Below, in pieces: positions 1 to 12,699 of a DNA stretch of 64,000 nucleotides. The stretch spans positions 4,402,001-4,466,000 of the forward strand of contig OZ296653.1 of NCBI GenBank assembly GCA_965655095.1, in the 5' to 3' direction. Source of the DNA: Haplodiscus bocki. Its lineage: Eukaryota. Within the stretch, counting starts at the first letter, position 1. Each line of letters starts with the position of its first letter. Under the pieces are notes generated by a model. That model ran no database searches. It was not told the DNA's origin and saw only the letters and a program-made list of their open reading frames with translations. The position numbers and the translations under genes were made by a program.

Positions 1-62
1 GATAATGTGTTAATACTTATATGGTTCTAAACATTAAAAAATATGTTTTTACTACTCTATAA

Positions 63-608
63 ATGACGGTTATATATATCACTGAAAATAATTGTGAATG
101 CTATGCAGTAACTTTTGAAAATAAAGGATGGTTTACAGTACAAAAATTTGAAGATGGGTCTCTTGATGAAAATATTATATACACAGTCAATCCAATGGAA
201 ACATTTTTGGGTAAAAGTAAATCTTGTAGTATGACAGCTTTGTCAGGAGCTTTTGATAAGGCTTGTTTCGATGGAAATACTATTTTACTTAAAGTAGGTA
301 TAGAAAATGGAAAAAATAAATATGTATATATAGTTGGAAATATGGTATGTTCTTTTATGACTAGTGATAATATATATGAATATGTTTCTAATATGGGAAA
401 TAATTTAACTCCTTATAGTTTTGCTACAGGTAAAGAAAATTATTATTTGTTGACTCCGAATTTTAGTTTCATTAAAAAGGATAAAATTGATTACAATACT
501 ATATTGAATGGAATTTACGTTCCTGAATCAGATTTGCCTTTTGAAAAAATGGAATTGTGCAAAATTCATTCAAATTATGATAACGATGACAAAGACGATG
601 ACGATTAA
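63..608 (+). CDS. Virus-like hypothetical protein (181 aa), similar to a giant-virus (NCLDV) uncharacterised family
   Basis: Intact ATG-to-stop ORF with AAAATG context. The motif FDGNTILLK..KYVYIVG..CSF.T.D.I.EY.S.MGNN.TPY.FA....NYYLL matches my recollection of the GNxIL/KYxYIG/GNNDVPYP family of large DNA viruses. Confidence 0.7.
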   Translation: MTVIYITENNCECYAVTFENKGWFTVQKFEDGSLDENIIYTVNPMETFLGKSKSCSMTALSGAFDKACFDGNTILLKVGIENGKNKYVYIVGNMVCSFMTSDNIYEYVSNMGNNLTPYSFATGKENYYLLTPNFSFIKKDKIDYNTILNGIYVPESDLPFEKMELCKIHSNYDNDDKDDDD

Positions 609-676
609 ATTGTTATCTATAAACACATATACTTGTGTGAATAATTTTCATTTTATATGTATAATAAATATATAAA

Positions 677-1180
677 ATGAATAATCCAGAAACATATTTG
701 CTATCTCATAGCAGATTTATTGATTATCTCGTTTTAATATTTGTAGACAAAAAGAAAGCTCAGATTTATACATTTCCTAATAGAGTAGATGAGCATGATG
801 TAATTAAATTAATTATTGATTTTCAATTTAAACGTTTATTTAGACCAAATAAACACCTTGAACGCTATCATATCACCAAACCTAAAGATGAGAGCTTTCT
901 GTTCAAAATAGGTGATAAAAAATACCTTTATGTTGGAGAATCTATATTCTCATTTACAACAAGTAGCAACATTACAAAATATGGACTTAATTATGGTTAT
1001 AATGATATCAAATTTGCCTTTGCATACGATCAAACAAATATTTATTATATGTTAGATAAAAAATATGAACCTATTAATCAATATAAAAAATCTACATATA
1101 AAAACGAATACGATTATCTATATAGAAATAATAAAACAAACGGTAAAAAATTACAAAATTATAAACTTATTCATAAATAA
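677..1180 (+). CDS. Virus-like hypothetical protein (167 aa), divergent paralog of 63..608
   Basis: Intact ORF. DESFLFKIGDKKYLYVGESIFSFTTSSNITKY..NYGYNDIKFAFAY...NIYYML aligns by eye with the core of the upstream ORF. Confidence 0.7.
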   Translation: MNNPETYLLSHSRFIDYLVLIFVDKKKAQIYTFPNRVDEHDVIKLIIDFQFKRLFRPNKHLERYHITKPKDESFLFKIGDKKYLYVGESIFSFTTSSNITKYGLNYGYNDIKFAFAYDQTNIYYMLDKKYEPINQYKKSTYKNEYDYLYRNNKTNGKKLQNYKLIHK

Positions 1181-1371
1181 AATATCAAAAAATCTTGATT
1201 ATATTCAAACACATTGTAATGATATACATAATCGTTTTCATGTTTCTTGTCGAATATGGTATAAACAAAATAATCAAGGAATACTTACAAGAATACATAT
1301 ACAAATACTAGTATAACTATTTTTATATTTGTATGAATACTACTTTTGTAATAATATAATTATGTTATCTT

Positions 1372-1565
1372 CGAGCGAAGCGAGAAAAAAAGGCGAGACG
1401 CAGTCGAGCAATAATTATAGCGAGAGGCGAGTGAAACGATGCCGGTGAGGAGCAAAGCGACGAGCGAGCGGATAGGTGTCGGATTATATCAGTCAAGTCG
1501 AGGCGATCGAGTGAAGCGAAGCGAAATGAGGTCGATGAGATTTGACTGGTATAATCCGCACCTAT
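1372..1565 (+). other. Cluster of ssDNA hairpins: four mini-hairpins plus one 94-nt hairpin capped by GCGAAGC
   Basis: Arms ATAGGTG(T)CGGATTATATCAGTCAA (1472-1496) and TTGACTGGTATAATCCGCACCTAT (1542-1565) pair, and the register continues to GC(GAA)GC at 1516-1522. Mini-hairpins at 1372-1384, 1393-1409, 1426-1443 and 1445-1465. Confidence 0.85.
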
Positions 1566-4399
1566 ATAATTATTAGTATCTCACTATCTCCCTCATCAAC
1601 AACAAAGAAAGACCTTATTCATGTCGAGTTCAATCAGGTTTATTGGAACAGTGAAACAAAGAAAAAGAAATTTCCTGCCCTATTTGTAACTGCATTTTTT
1701 TGAATGAACATGGATTATCAGAGCAGCATAACCAGCAAAATCTTCTGTAAAAAAATTAAGAAATTAACATCAATGCTTTCAAGGAAAAATAAATGACAAG
1801 CTAAAACGCAAAATCATTTAATGAAATAAATAAGGCTCCAAAACGAAGCGAGCAAATTGCCCTAAATTAAAGTAAAGTGCTCAAGAAAGCAATTGATACA
1901 TGGGAGAACCTATTGAAGCTATGGAAAAAAAGGAAAAGAATATGGATTCTTGGAAAAGAACGCACGATTTGAAAAACCCCTCGAGTTATCTAAGAGATGA
2001 ATGAGATGAGTTTATTAAGTTGAATATCGAAAAAAAAGAAAGAGGGTAAGGACTTTTATGTAATATACATATTAGGAGAAAAAAACTCAAAAAGGAAACT
2101 TCACGTTCAAAGCAATATAGCCATTCTGAATTGGAAAAATTTATTCCAATAACTTTTTCTGAAAAAAATCATGATGGTCATCTATGTGATTATCTGTTGT
2201 TACATATATTCCCAAAAACTACATCAAAAAAACTTCTTCCGTAAATTCTTTAGGAGATAAGTAACTTTAATCTCGTCCAAGATCTTTTCTTTGAAATAAA
2301 TCTGACAACTAACATAATTTATTCTTTTTTTTTCAAAACTGTTGCACTGTGTTCATTTGGTGAGAACTTGAAATTTATTCGTTGGTCATTAAAAAAGACA
2401 CCTTACGATAAAATATCATAGTTACATCTAACTCAAATTTTTTTGTTGTACCTGAGGTCATCTTTATGTTCAGAATGAAACAATTCAGGGCCACCAGTTC
2501 TTGCAGGAACTATAATAAGTCTATATTTTATTCAAATGTGTCCGGTGGTATAATGCGAGGAGCTTTCTCTAGTCCGCTATGGATCAAGTAGATACTACTA
2601 TTATCACGATCATTTTTCCGCACAACTATTACAACAGGTTCGTCAGGACAATCTTTAGTAGTATCTGAGCCGATTCCACACATGTAGTCATTGTTAGAGA
2701 AAAAAAATTGAATATTTTTTAGTTATACGCTTTCTGAAAAAAACCACCTGGTTGTTTTATAATCCTCTTACTGAGTAAAAACATGCGAATTACAGAAAAA
2801 TATCTGTATTCTCAAAGACATAGTGTTTCTAGTGATTTTTAGGGTTGTCAGGCCAATAATTTTATCACAGTCTGAGATTTTGAACGTCCCAGGAAAAAAA
2901 TACTCCCTTACTGGAAGTTTCGGTCCATCAAGAATCCAATGCAAACAACAAATGCTGGCTCGAGACTTGCTATAACAAGTAAGAACGCGTTTGATTGTCA
3001 GTTTGATGGATATAATGTAGCCTGTAGATATGGCAAAAATTGAGTTTGAGCAGTGAGTCAAACAAAATTGTAACCGCTTCCTTGAAGCACAGGAAAATGA
3101 TCCCACGTTAACGCGGGCTCCGATAGTTGATTGCCTGTTCAAACAATTGTCGAGCAGTCCATGTTCGAAGAAGGACTGTATCTGACTTTTGAAAAAGAGC
3201 CCGCTGGCTATTACCATCTGAAATCCGTCTGCAAATTCTTTCGTTCCCAAACGACACTGATTTGATTCTATCGTTGTTCGAAATCCAAGTTTTATTGCTG
3301 AAAACTCGGCAAATCCCATGAAAAAAAAACTAAACTCTGCGGTCGAACATTCCAATTTTTGTTCTGATATATTTCATCGAAAGTTACAATTTTTAGAGAG
3401 GGTAATGATTGATCAAAGTTCATATATTCGCATGATTAGTCTAACGATATTCATCGCATGATACTAAGAAGGAGTGAGTTCAGTGTGAAAACTTTCCAAT
3501 GTAAAAATAAGATAAAGTTGAAAACAAAACAAACGAGTTTTTGAATTTGACGTTCATAATCATTGACATACGGTGTTGAAAATTATTGACAGCTGACAGA
3601 ATGTAATCTGACGTCAAAATGGAATTGAATAGGTACCTCTTATCAACTTCAAAAACCATCGTTCTTACAGTGACATGTACAATTACAAAATCAAGATTAG
3701 TAAAAAGATACTCAATTACGTAGATCTTTCAAAATTTTAGAACTTCACGTGTCCTTGCAACAAATTATTTTAAAGTTTAACAGTCAGAAAAGGGGCGAAT
3801 TGCTTTTGATACGAGGTGAGTGCTTCATTTGCTCATTCGCAGTTTTGGGTTGTTTTATATCAGTACTTTTAGAAGAAACGTTGAGCAACTTTTAATAAAA
3901 ATTCAAGTCAATGAAATCAAAAAGTTATTCAAAAAAGTCGGTCATTTTTTAAACAAAGGGATTCAATATGAAACTTCTGTTACTATATTGTGTAGTCCGA
4001 ATCATTAGCACCATAAACCAACCTTGCGCCACTAGCATGGCTTTTGCATCCTAAAGCGATTTTTTTTGAAAGTCAAAAGTTCGGTTTCAGAAAATCTAGT
4101 GCACTATGCGGTTTAAATAGCTCAAAAAAAGTTAAAGAAAAAAAGGAAATCCCCCACGATTCAAAAATGCACAAGTGTCTGTAGACCACTGCGGTAGTAG
4201 CAATTCTGCGGGGCCAGTATGATTCCGGCGAAAAAAATTTCGGTTGATGAAAAACGAAGAACAGATAAGTAAAAAAATATGAACAAGCTCCAGGAAAAAA
4301 GAGGTGAAGTCTACAAAACGCTTACAATAGGATTGTGCACTAGAACTATGACCGTGCATTTAGGGTGGTCTAGGTGACATGTTATTAAAAGCATCCAAC

Positions 4400-6790
4400 C
4401 AATATCACTCTGGGTAATGTAAAAATTGGGAACTTGGCAATACAAGTTTGATGGTTTCGAGCGAGTCAGACTGAAGAATAAAGGAGAAATTGAGAAATTC
4501 AGAAATTGCTCTTGAGGCGTTTCTGCACTAAAATTGGGAGCTGTAGTGGAGGGTGGTTAAATTTCTTGACACTGAATTTTGGAAAAAAAGGGCTCCGTTA
4601 GCAAGGTTCCAAAGTACGAATTTTTAGACGTTTGAATAAGCTTTACAAATTTGGAGTTTTCTGAAGTTTTTCAAATTCTCCTCCTACAAAAAAACTATGG
4701 TGGGCTTAAGTTGGTTCAATACCAAAACCAATTTACTTTTGGACAATCAACCAATTTTTTGTCACTTTGGGCCTATCAACATTCCGATGCAAGACACAAA
4801 TTTCATTGCAACACAAGGAATGCTTCCTCAATGAAAATGGTTGACTGGCTACGCGACTGATGTAATCTAATTGGTAGTTACAATGAAAACGGAATTTCAA
4901 AAGGGACAAAAATCAAATCCAATATCAATGTTTTGCATCTTTACCCCATCAACCTTCCGACACACAACGCAAAAAGATTGTTGAACTGTCTGTGGTTCTA
5001 TAGGTAGAAAAAAATCTATTGGCATCTTGACAGATGTCATCCGGCCGGTAGCAACGCACAAACTGTAGTTGAAATTCGCGAAAGGAAGTCTTGGTTTTTG
5101 TTAAGCATTTTCGAACTTTCAAGACTCTATTGCAAAAACTAAAAAACCGTTCAGTTAGTTACGGTTGCTTCTACTTGTAGGACACTGAATATTAGAGCTT
5201 TAACGTTTATATTTTAGCCAGTGGTAGTTTTGGGAAAGTTCTATCTTAAAATTGCTGAAATTTGAAAAAGAAAGTCATTACTGAAAGTTTCGGTAAAACA
5301 ACGCTTCTAGGAAAAACAGTCAAAAACCGTTAGAGTCTGACTGAAGTTCTTTCTAGGTGTTTAAAATTGTTCAGTAGGATTTTGGCAATTGTCGTTTGAC
5401 CGGTAGTTGGAAAATCTGAGCTTGAACGTCGCAAAAACTTCTAACTCGATTCTATTTTTGGGACTTTTGGTCCATCAAGATTTCAAGGCCAACGGTAAGT
5501 GGTGGTTAAAACAAATGCTGCTATAGCTAGAACTTGTTGAATGACATTCTAACGGTTGTCATCCAGTCCGCCGACGAGATCGCATAAACTCTCCCAAGAT
5601 TTCAGAGGGTCATAACTGATAGAACTTTGTGGCACTTTTGACCAAAGCATGACGCAAAATGGCACTGGCTAAACTGATATTGCTGTTAGAGATAGGAAAC
5701 GGTAGTTGGGAATCCTGAATTTTTTTCAGCCGAAGATTTTTCTCGCAAACTGAGTTGAGCTCATATGGAAAATACTAAAACAAATCCGGGCATATTCGAG
5801 ACTAAATTAATGAGATTCAGGAAGCAGAAATATTATCAATTTAACTTGAAAAGCTTCCAAACATCAAAAAGTGTCAATTAGAACCGTAGCGATTGTAATC
5901 CAATCCTTGGTTTTTTTAGAAAAGAGTTTGAAAGTCGTTTAAAAACAAAACTAGAAGCAATTTCTATTTTAATTGGCCTATGTTGCGTCCGATACAAGCA
6001 GCCAAAGTCGCTGTAGCTGACTTGAATATGCTTTCACAAGTACAATGTGTTTATTTGAACCTTGACGTATGCAACCCAGATAAAAGGTTTTACAAGAACT
6101 GCGCTTGAATATTGCAATTTTTCGAAACTACCAGCCATTTTATAAAATTTTGGCCTACTGGGACTCCAATGCACAAAGCGAAATAGGAAATACTTCAAAC
6201 AAAAATGTTAGCACGATTAAAAATTTGTTAGGTTTTCACCGGTTTAGTTGTTGGATTGATGTACTCCAGTCGATAGGTTCGGCGAAAGTTCATTTTGAAT
6301 GTTGCGATTATTCGATACTCTTGCCAACTTTTTGCTCTCTTGGGCTAGATGGAATGTACTTCAAAACGCAAAACTAGTAGAAGAATATTTGGAAGTTAGA
6401 ATGCAACCGAAAATATGTTATTTGGCACTTTAAAGGATGTCAACTAGTAGGTTGAAAGGTCGACAATTGAATGCCGGATAACCAGTACTTATGACTCTTT
6501 TCGCATTGTCGGAACATCAACATTCCATTGCATTACGCAAAATCAACGATTTCTTAGTTCAAAAGGATTCTACACGGGGAAGACACATTGTTTCCACATT
6601 GTTTGATCTAATACAGTCGATAGTTATGTCGACAACTTTTTTCGAATATCGCTTCAAATCCATACTGGTAACTCTTTTGGCCTTTCCGGATTTCCCGCAA
6701 TCCATTACAAAAACAGTCGCCATTGGTATTGTTTCAAAAGTTTTTCCAAACAAAAAATTGTGGAATTAAACCGATTTGGGAAAAATCCAG
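4400..6790 (+). repeat. Highly degenerate ~175-180 bp tandem repeat, block 1
   Basis: Recurrent marker like cggnccatcangattccnatgcaa at ~4769, 5112, 5469, 5974, 6151, 6510 and 6679, plus a gtagtt..ggaaa..tgagtt motif. Same motifs as 12700-14420. Boundaries approximate. Confidence 0.5.
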
Positions 6791-8135
6791 CCATGGAAAA
6801 GGGCATAAATTTAATCTGGATTTTGTGGGAAGCTGACACTAAAATCATTGAGGAAAGTTTTTGTTAACCACACAGTTTGAGTCTAACAAAATGATTGATC
6901 CAGCAGCACCACTTTTTTGTTATTAAAAATTTTGTTTAAAAAATATGTGGAGGCTGTTAAATTAGAACATTTTGCTGTGGTAGAGAGTTTTTTTTATGAA
7001 AATGATAAATTTCTTAAAAAATCTTCAAGAATAGCGATAAAGCCCTGTTTTTCGCAATGAAAAATTTCAAAATGTGTAAGAGTATGTGAAACCAAAAAAT
7101 GGCTCGTAGAGGTATTGGAAAAGAAAACCTACCAGCTACCTAACCGTGTTCAAAACGCCTCTTCATTATGCAAGGCACTAAAAATACAGATTGGCGGTAA
7201 AAATTCCAACCCTGCTATGTAAACAAACTGACTAAAGTCTGCGTGAGATAAGTAATCCAGTAAAAAAATCTTTTGCTGAATTGAATACTATCCTTTCGAA
7301 AGGTTCTCGAAAGGAAAATAACAAAAACCATAGGGAAGCAATCGACGCTTTTTTGTCCCTGTCAAGACGCTTTTCACTTCAAACATCAGAATTGCAGCAA
7401 AATGTTTGCTCTCAAAAATGTATCTAGTTTAGCGCGATAATCTTTGAATTGATCTTCCCGTGCTTTATTTTGCCTGAGTAAAAGCTTTCAAATAGACCAA
7501 GATTCACTAGAAAGTTTTGGAACAGAAAGGCAAAACGAAAATCAAGGTTGTTCTTTTAAGTTTTCTCTAGAATAAATTAAAAAATGAATGAAACTGCGCA
7601 ATTCGCGAACGTGTACCGCGAACGAGACCATGTGACATTATGGTTTAGTCCGCACGACCTGAAAAATTCCGCGCTTAAGAAAACTTCAACAGTTCATGTG
7701 TCCGAAAAACCTAACCTAATAGAACGTATATAGTATTTATTACGTTCCCCAGTCATATTATTGCCAGCAGTTTTGAACTTCACACCTTAATGTAATGTTT
7801 TCTATGAGTAATTTGAGTCAAATCTTTGTTCACTAGAATACGTTATCATAATCGGATAAAATATGCGCGTACTATGGTAAAGTGTGTGACTTGCATGGAA
7901 TCATATTATAGTATGGTCTTTTTACGACTTGCATGTTACCATAAACTTCTATTGTACTTTGTATGACTTTAATGTTTTCATAGATCACCATATATGACTT
8001 TCTATGATTTCCCTGTTTTTTGTATGGCGGTTAACCCGGGTGGGCAACAATTTTGGTTGTGGAAGTTTATTTTGAGCATTAGCTACCGGTATGATTTAAC
8101 AACATGTTTGATGGATCTCTTAGATAGAAGTATTA

Positions 8136-9038
8136 CCCGGGTTGATGTCTCAAAAGATTTCAGCGCTGATCACCTTTGATTCAGAAATAAGCAGTGCTGA
8201 CCAGTGCTGTTTCAGATCTGATTCAGCGCTTTACATTACCTGAAAATCTCTGAACTTTTTTAGAGCAGCAAAATCAGCGCTAAACTGCGCTGATTTTCTC
8301 TGAAACAGTTCTGAACAGCGCTGATTTTTTCGTGAATTCAGGATAACGTTATTCAGTTCAGTATTCATTTTTTTCGGAATATTTCGAAGTACCTCAATGT
8401 CGAGGCACATAATTCTTATTTACAGCCCTTATTGTTGAAAAGAAGTGAACGATATAGAAGTATTTGTTCTGCCTTTTTACGGGCCAAAGATCTCAAATGA
8501 AATCAAATTTTTGCTTTTTATGTTACTCAAGTGTGAAAACTGATATGCTTCAAGTTTTCAGGAGCATTTTACCGTTTAGTGGAATGAACTTTCAAGAGAG
8601 TTGCAGAAAATTTGAGTTTTTGATGTATTTTAGCAGAAAATTGAAAAAATATATATTTTAAAAACCTGGAATGTCATCTTGTTAACTATTTTATGCGTTT
8701 TCATCTCTCTGACTACGACGTTCCACAATTTGATATTCTAATGCACGTATGTTGATATCTGAGCTGATTCAGAGTAAATCAGTCCTGAATAGGCGCTGCT
8801 CAGCTCTGGAAACCCAATGTTTTGGAGCAAAGAAAGTCAGCGGTGATCAGCACTCATTAACAGTTGATCTTCTCGAAAATAGCGCTGTTCAGCTCTGAAA
8901 TTTTCAGTTCTGAACATTGCTGATTCAGAGAAAATCAGATCTTGCCAGCTCTGAATCAGCGCTCAGCAAAGCTGGAAATTGTCAAATCTCTGAAACAGCG
9001 CTGTTCGGCGCTGATTATCTCTGGGCCTTCAATCTGGG
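8136..9038. mobile_element. Non-autonomous TIR DNA transposon (MITE-like, ~900 bp) with subterminal CAGCGCTG repeats
   Basis: Left end CCCGGGTTGATGTCTCAAAAGATTTCAGCGCTGATCA resembles the reverse complement of the right end, CCCAGATTGAAGGCCCAGAGATAATCAGCGCCGAACA. Many CAGCGCTG-type palindromes lie in both subterminal regions around an AT-rich non-coding centre. No clear TSD. Confidence 0.65.
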
Positions 9039-9489
9039 ACAACAGTTCAACACAAAGCGAACAAAATGGAAAGCTTAAATAAATATACCAATCCGATTAC
9101 GTCGATGCTTGACTACTGCTTTTCAATTCCAAATCTACTGAAAAAAATACAAATTGGGAGAAACTTGTATTGGATTGAAACAAAAGCAGGCAAAAAAATC
9201 AATTCAAATGAACAAAATGCAAATTAAAGAATTAACCACCCAGAATGTCTTCCTTCATGCACTTCATGCAACTTTACATTTCCTTTTTCATTCTCAATGT
9301 AATTTTAGCCTCTTCAAATAACGAGGAGTTTGCTGAGCGAGTTTTTTTGGTTTCCGAAAAGTTCTTTGATATCCTCTCAGTTCATCTTCCATACTTGTAT
9401 CTAACTTTTTTTCATTTGAATTATAAAGTTTTTCCCTCTAATAATTTCCGTCGTAACAAATTACGAAAGGAAAATCAAATTCTCAAATT

Positions 9490-9950
9490 GTGCTTTTTTC
9501 TCTGGAATTCGCTATCTCGGATGGAACATGTTTGGGTTTGTAAACAAATTCAAAACCCTAAGATGTTCCTCTGGACACAAAGAAGCACTTTTGGCACAAA
9601 GAAACGTTTCACAGCGAAGTTCCGAAAAATTCAACATTAAAGTTTTTCAAAAAAATTCTCAAAATTCTCCTTTGCATACTTAGGTATATTGCCGTTTCGA
9701 AAACCCTGATGAAACTCTTCGCCGAAAACCCACAATTTATAAACTCAAAGTCCGGAGAAAAAGAACTTACTGCACTTTTTTTTCGAAAATTTCCCGAAAC
9801 ATACCTCTGGACACGTAGAACGAAATTTTGAAGAACCTGCCAAAAATACCCTCTCGAAGTTCGAGTAAAACTCTAAAGATTTGCAAAAAAACGCTGAAAA
9901 TGCTCCAGATTACACGTAAAAATGATTTTTGAGCAACCCAAATTTTGTCA
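9490..9950 (+). repeat. Short degenerate tandem repeat (motif like cctctggacacgtagaa...ttttga..aacc)
   Basis: Variant copies at ~9568, 9668, 9803 and 9902. Confidence 0.45.
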
Positions 9951-12699
9951 TTATTTGTACTTTTTGTGATAGAAGCGGCCGTCGTCGCACCCTAAAGTTG
10001 CCTGGTTGCCTATGTTTATCTTGAAATTTCCAACCATTTCACTCTATAGGCTTAACTTTTTCACCCACCGTCGACGGAAGTTATCGAAGTGCTGCTGTGA
10101 TTTTTGTTTCATATTGCTTCTAATTGGAGGATGATGTCGCCGCACCGAGGCTAATTTATCTCGCAATTTTGTTCAAATAAAACAGTTTGATAAAACGAGT
10201 TTCATGGAGGCCAAAAATCATCGGTATTCGAACTTTCAACCTCATTGTCATGCCAGTGTGATGGAAAATAAACTATATTTTACAAGTATGCATTCAACTT
10301 ATATCCCTACTATGGATTCCTTAAAAAGTTAGTATCAACTAATGCATTTGCAACTCATGCAGCTCTTAACTTATACCACACTATAAACGCCAATATGTAG
10401 TATTATTCCCTTCCCAACCAATATGAACGAGAGTACGTACAATATAACATTTACAACGAGGCATTAATATCATCCCTCCGAACGAATACACCTTCTTTTT
10501 GCTATTTGTGTAACCTCTGGTAAAATATAACACTCCCCTAAATCATAAGCATGAATTAACAATGCAATAGTGACACTGAACCCTCACTTTTGTGCTGTGA
10601 ACTATTCTGAATATACCCGGTGTGTACATCATTGTTTAGAATCGATTACTGAAGTGTGTCAAAAGTGCTATACACCGACATTGTGCAATTTAGTAAAATG
10701 GGGCACCTCACTGTGGCGACACGTGCTAGAACCAAATGCAACTTAGCTGCAAAAAGTCGATGTTCCCGCCAAACTGTCTGTAGTTGGTAACACGTACGTG
10801 ACACATCAGTATTTTTCCAATCAGAGTGCGTTTAATAAACAGACCCAACAGGTGAAATTATGTCTTGATTAGGGTCATTTTCCTTGTATTATTTGAGGTG
10901 CTCAGACAAATAGCCAATGAGGGCAATTACAGTGTTATGTGACCAACTAGCAATGATTGGTCATCCAGCACAGCACACGCAATGCATTATAACTTGTCAC
11001 AAACCATTATAAGGATACTGCCAACGGTTAACGCGAAACTCTGCCTTGCTACATTTCAACTTCATACAGAAGGTACGCTAAGTGGGATTAAAATTTGAAA
11101 GTCATTACGGACATAGTATCAAGGGCAATTCATGAGTTGTAATCTGCAACTTGCTCCCCACTGGGGATCCCAAAGGAACCTTGAAGCAGTTCATACACGA
11201 CTTTTGGGTGGTAACGGAACACTTTTCGGGCGGTACCGTGCAATAGCAAACAAAAGTGCATTGATGGCAGAAGCAGAAAACGGCTGGAATAGACACTGAA
11301 TAGAACAGGCCGGGATTGGTGCACGGCGGTGCAGCCCGCCGAATGCCTCAACATATGTTGGAGGAATATCACAAAACATTTTCGGTACTTGGTTTCAAGA
11401 AACAATATTTCGAGTTCTATGTATTTTTGGTTCCGGCGTTTTCGGTTTTGTTATTTCTGCATTGTTGAACGTAATATATTGAGTGTTCGGGCTTCAGGTT
11501 CTCATTTCCAGGACTTCCGAAGGCCTAGAATCCAATACTTGACTGTAGAATTTTTGTACCATTTCGTCGATTTTGACGGTCTTAAAGAATGCTGTAATAG
11601 TGGGGCAATTTTTCTTCTAAAAAGCCGAAATGTGAGCGGTGTTGATGAACTAATAAATGTCATATGAGTGAATAGATCTCCGTGTTTCAAGCTCATTATA
11701 ATCGTTGATTGTTTGAACACATGCCTGAACTTGTAAAAATGCATGAAGACATGAATGGAGATATTGGGGGTTGCAAGTGAGTCTTCGTCTATTATGTTTG
11801 AGCAGGAGAGCTTAATAAAACTATCAGATTTGATTGAACACAGGGTAAATTGAAGCAAATTGGAATTATTGCTCAAATGTAGTCATAGTAGATTTCGATG
11901 TACTAATTATACTTAAGTGAAATGCAGTCTCAAAGTATCAATTTTAGTGCTTCCTTCACTATTAAATGATTTTCCTAATTGTTCCTAATGTTTTGAAATT
12001 CTGTCAATCGGAACAACCGTGTTCCTCTTGTGGTAGCTAATACACCACACATCAATTGTTTTTAGTTCCAGAATCTCGAACGAACAGTTTTCTTGATTTT
12101 ATTAAAGGACGAGAAAGTAGAGCTATCTGTGGCTTCGTTGATTCCTTTTTTGTAAGTGTCTCGCGATCAACAGAGTAATGATTGATCGTTCTGTTCAAAT
12201 GCCTGACACAGAATATGTGAATTACAATTGCAAATTGTAGGTAGCTTCACTGGATACAAGTGCATACGTCATGGGAGTCCAGAGATTTAACAGTCGTCGT
12301 ATCACCCCGTCAGTATTTGGTCCGATAATGGAAAAGATTTCCTAGGTGCCCAAAATTTTTTTCTGACTGTATTCAGAGATGCGATAAGCAGGCACCGGCA
12401 ATGTACACAAACTGCTAACGTAGAGGTTCAATCGGACCAGAAGTCCACATACGAGTTTTTCTAAAAGAGACTCGTCAGGAGTTCCAAATGAGTGTTCCAA
12501 ACGATTCTGTGTAACCGGAGACCGACTGAAAATGTCCTCGTGACAAACATTTTGTGCCGTAGAGCAGATCCTAAGTTCACGTCGCCTAACTGCTGTCAGG
12601 TCTGCCTCAAATGAACTCAACGCGTTCTGTCCGAATTTTAGCTCTTTTGAGCCTTGCCCCTTAAAAAACAATTTATTGTCGATTGCGACTTTGGTGGGA

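Larger units (their letters stand above)
1..1590. mobile_element. Right-hand end of an AT-rich endogenous virus-like element (Polinton-like or tyrosine-recombinase-type; class unresolved)
   Basis: Extremely AT-rich, with compact intronless intact ORFs, then a GC-rich hairpin cluster (1372-1565) and TATCTCACTATCTC (1577-1590). Composition and coding density change after this point. The left part of the element is outside the window. Confidence 0.55.

Noticed and set aside
2768-3355. 195-aa minus-strand ORF
   Set aside because: Non-ATG start and no recognisable motif; it overlaps sequence carrying the degenerate 178-bp repeat marker.
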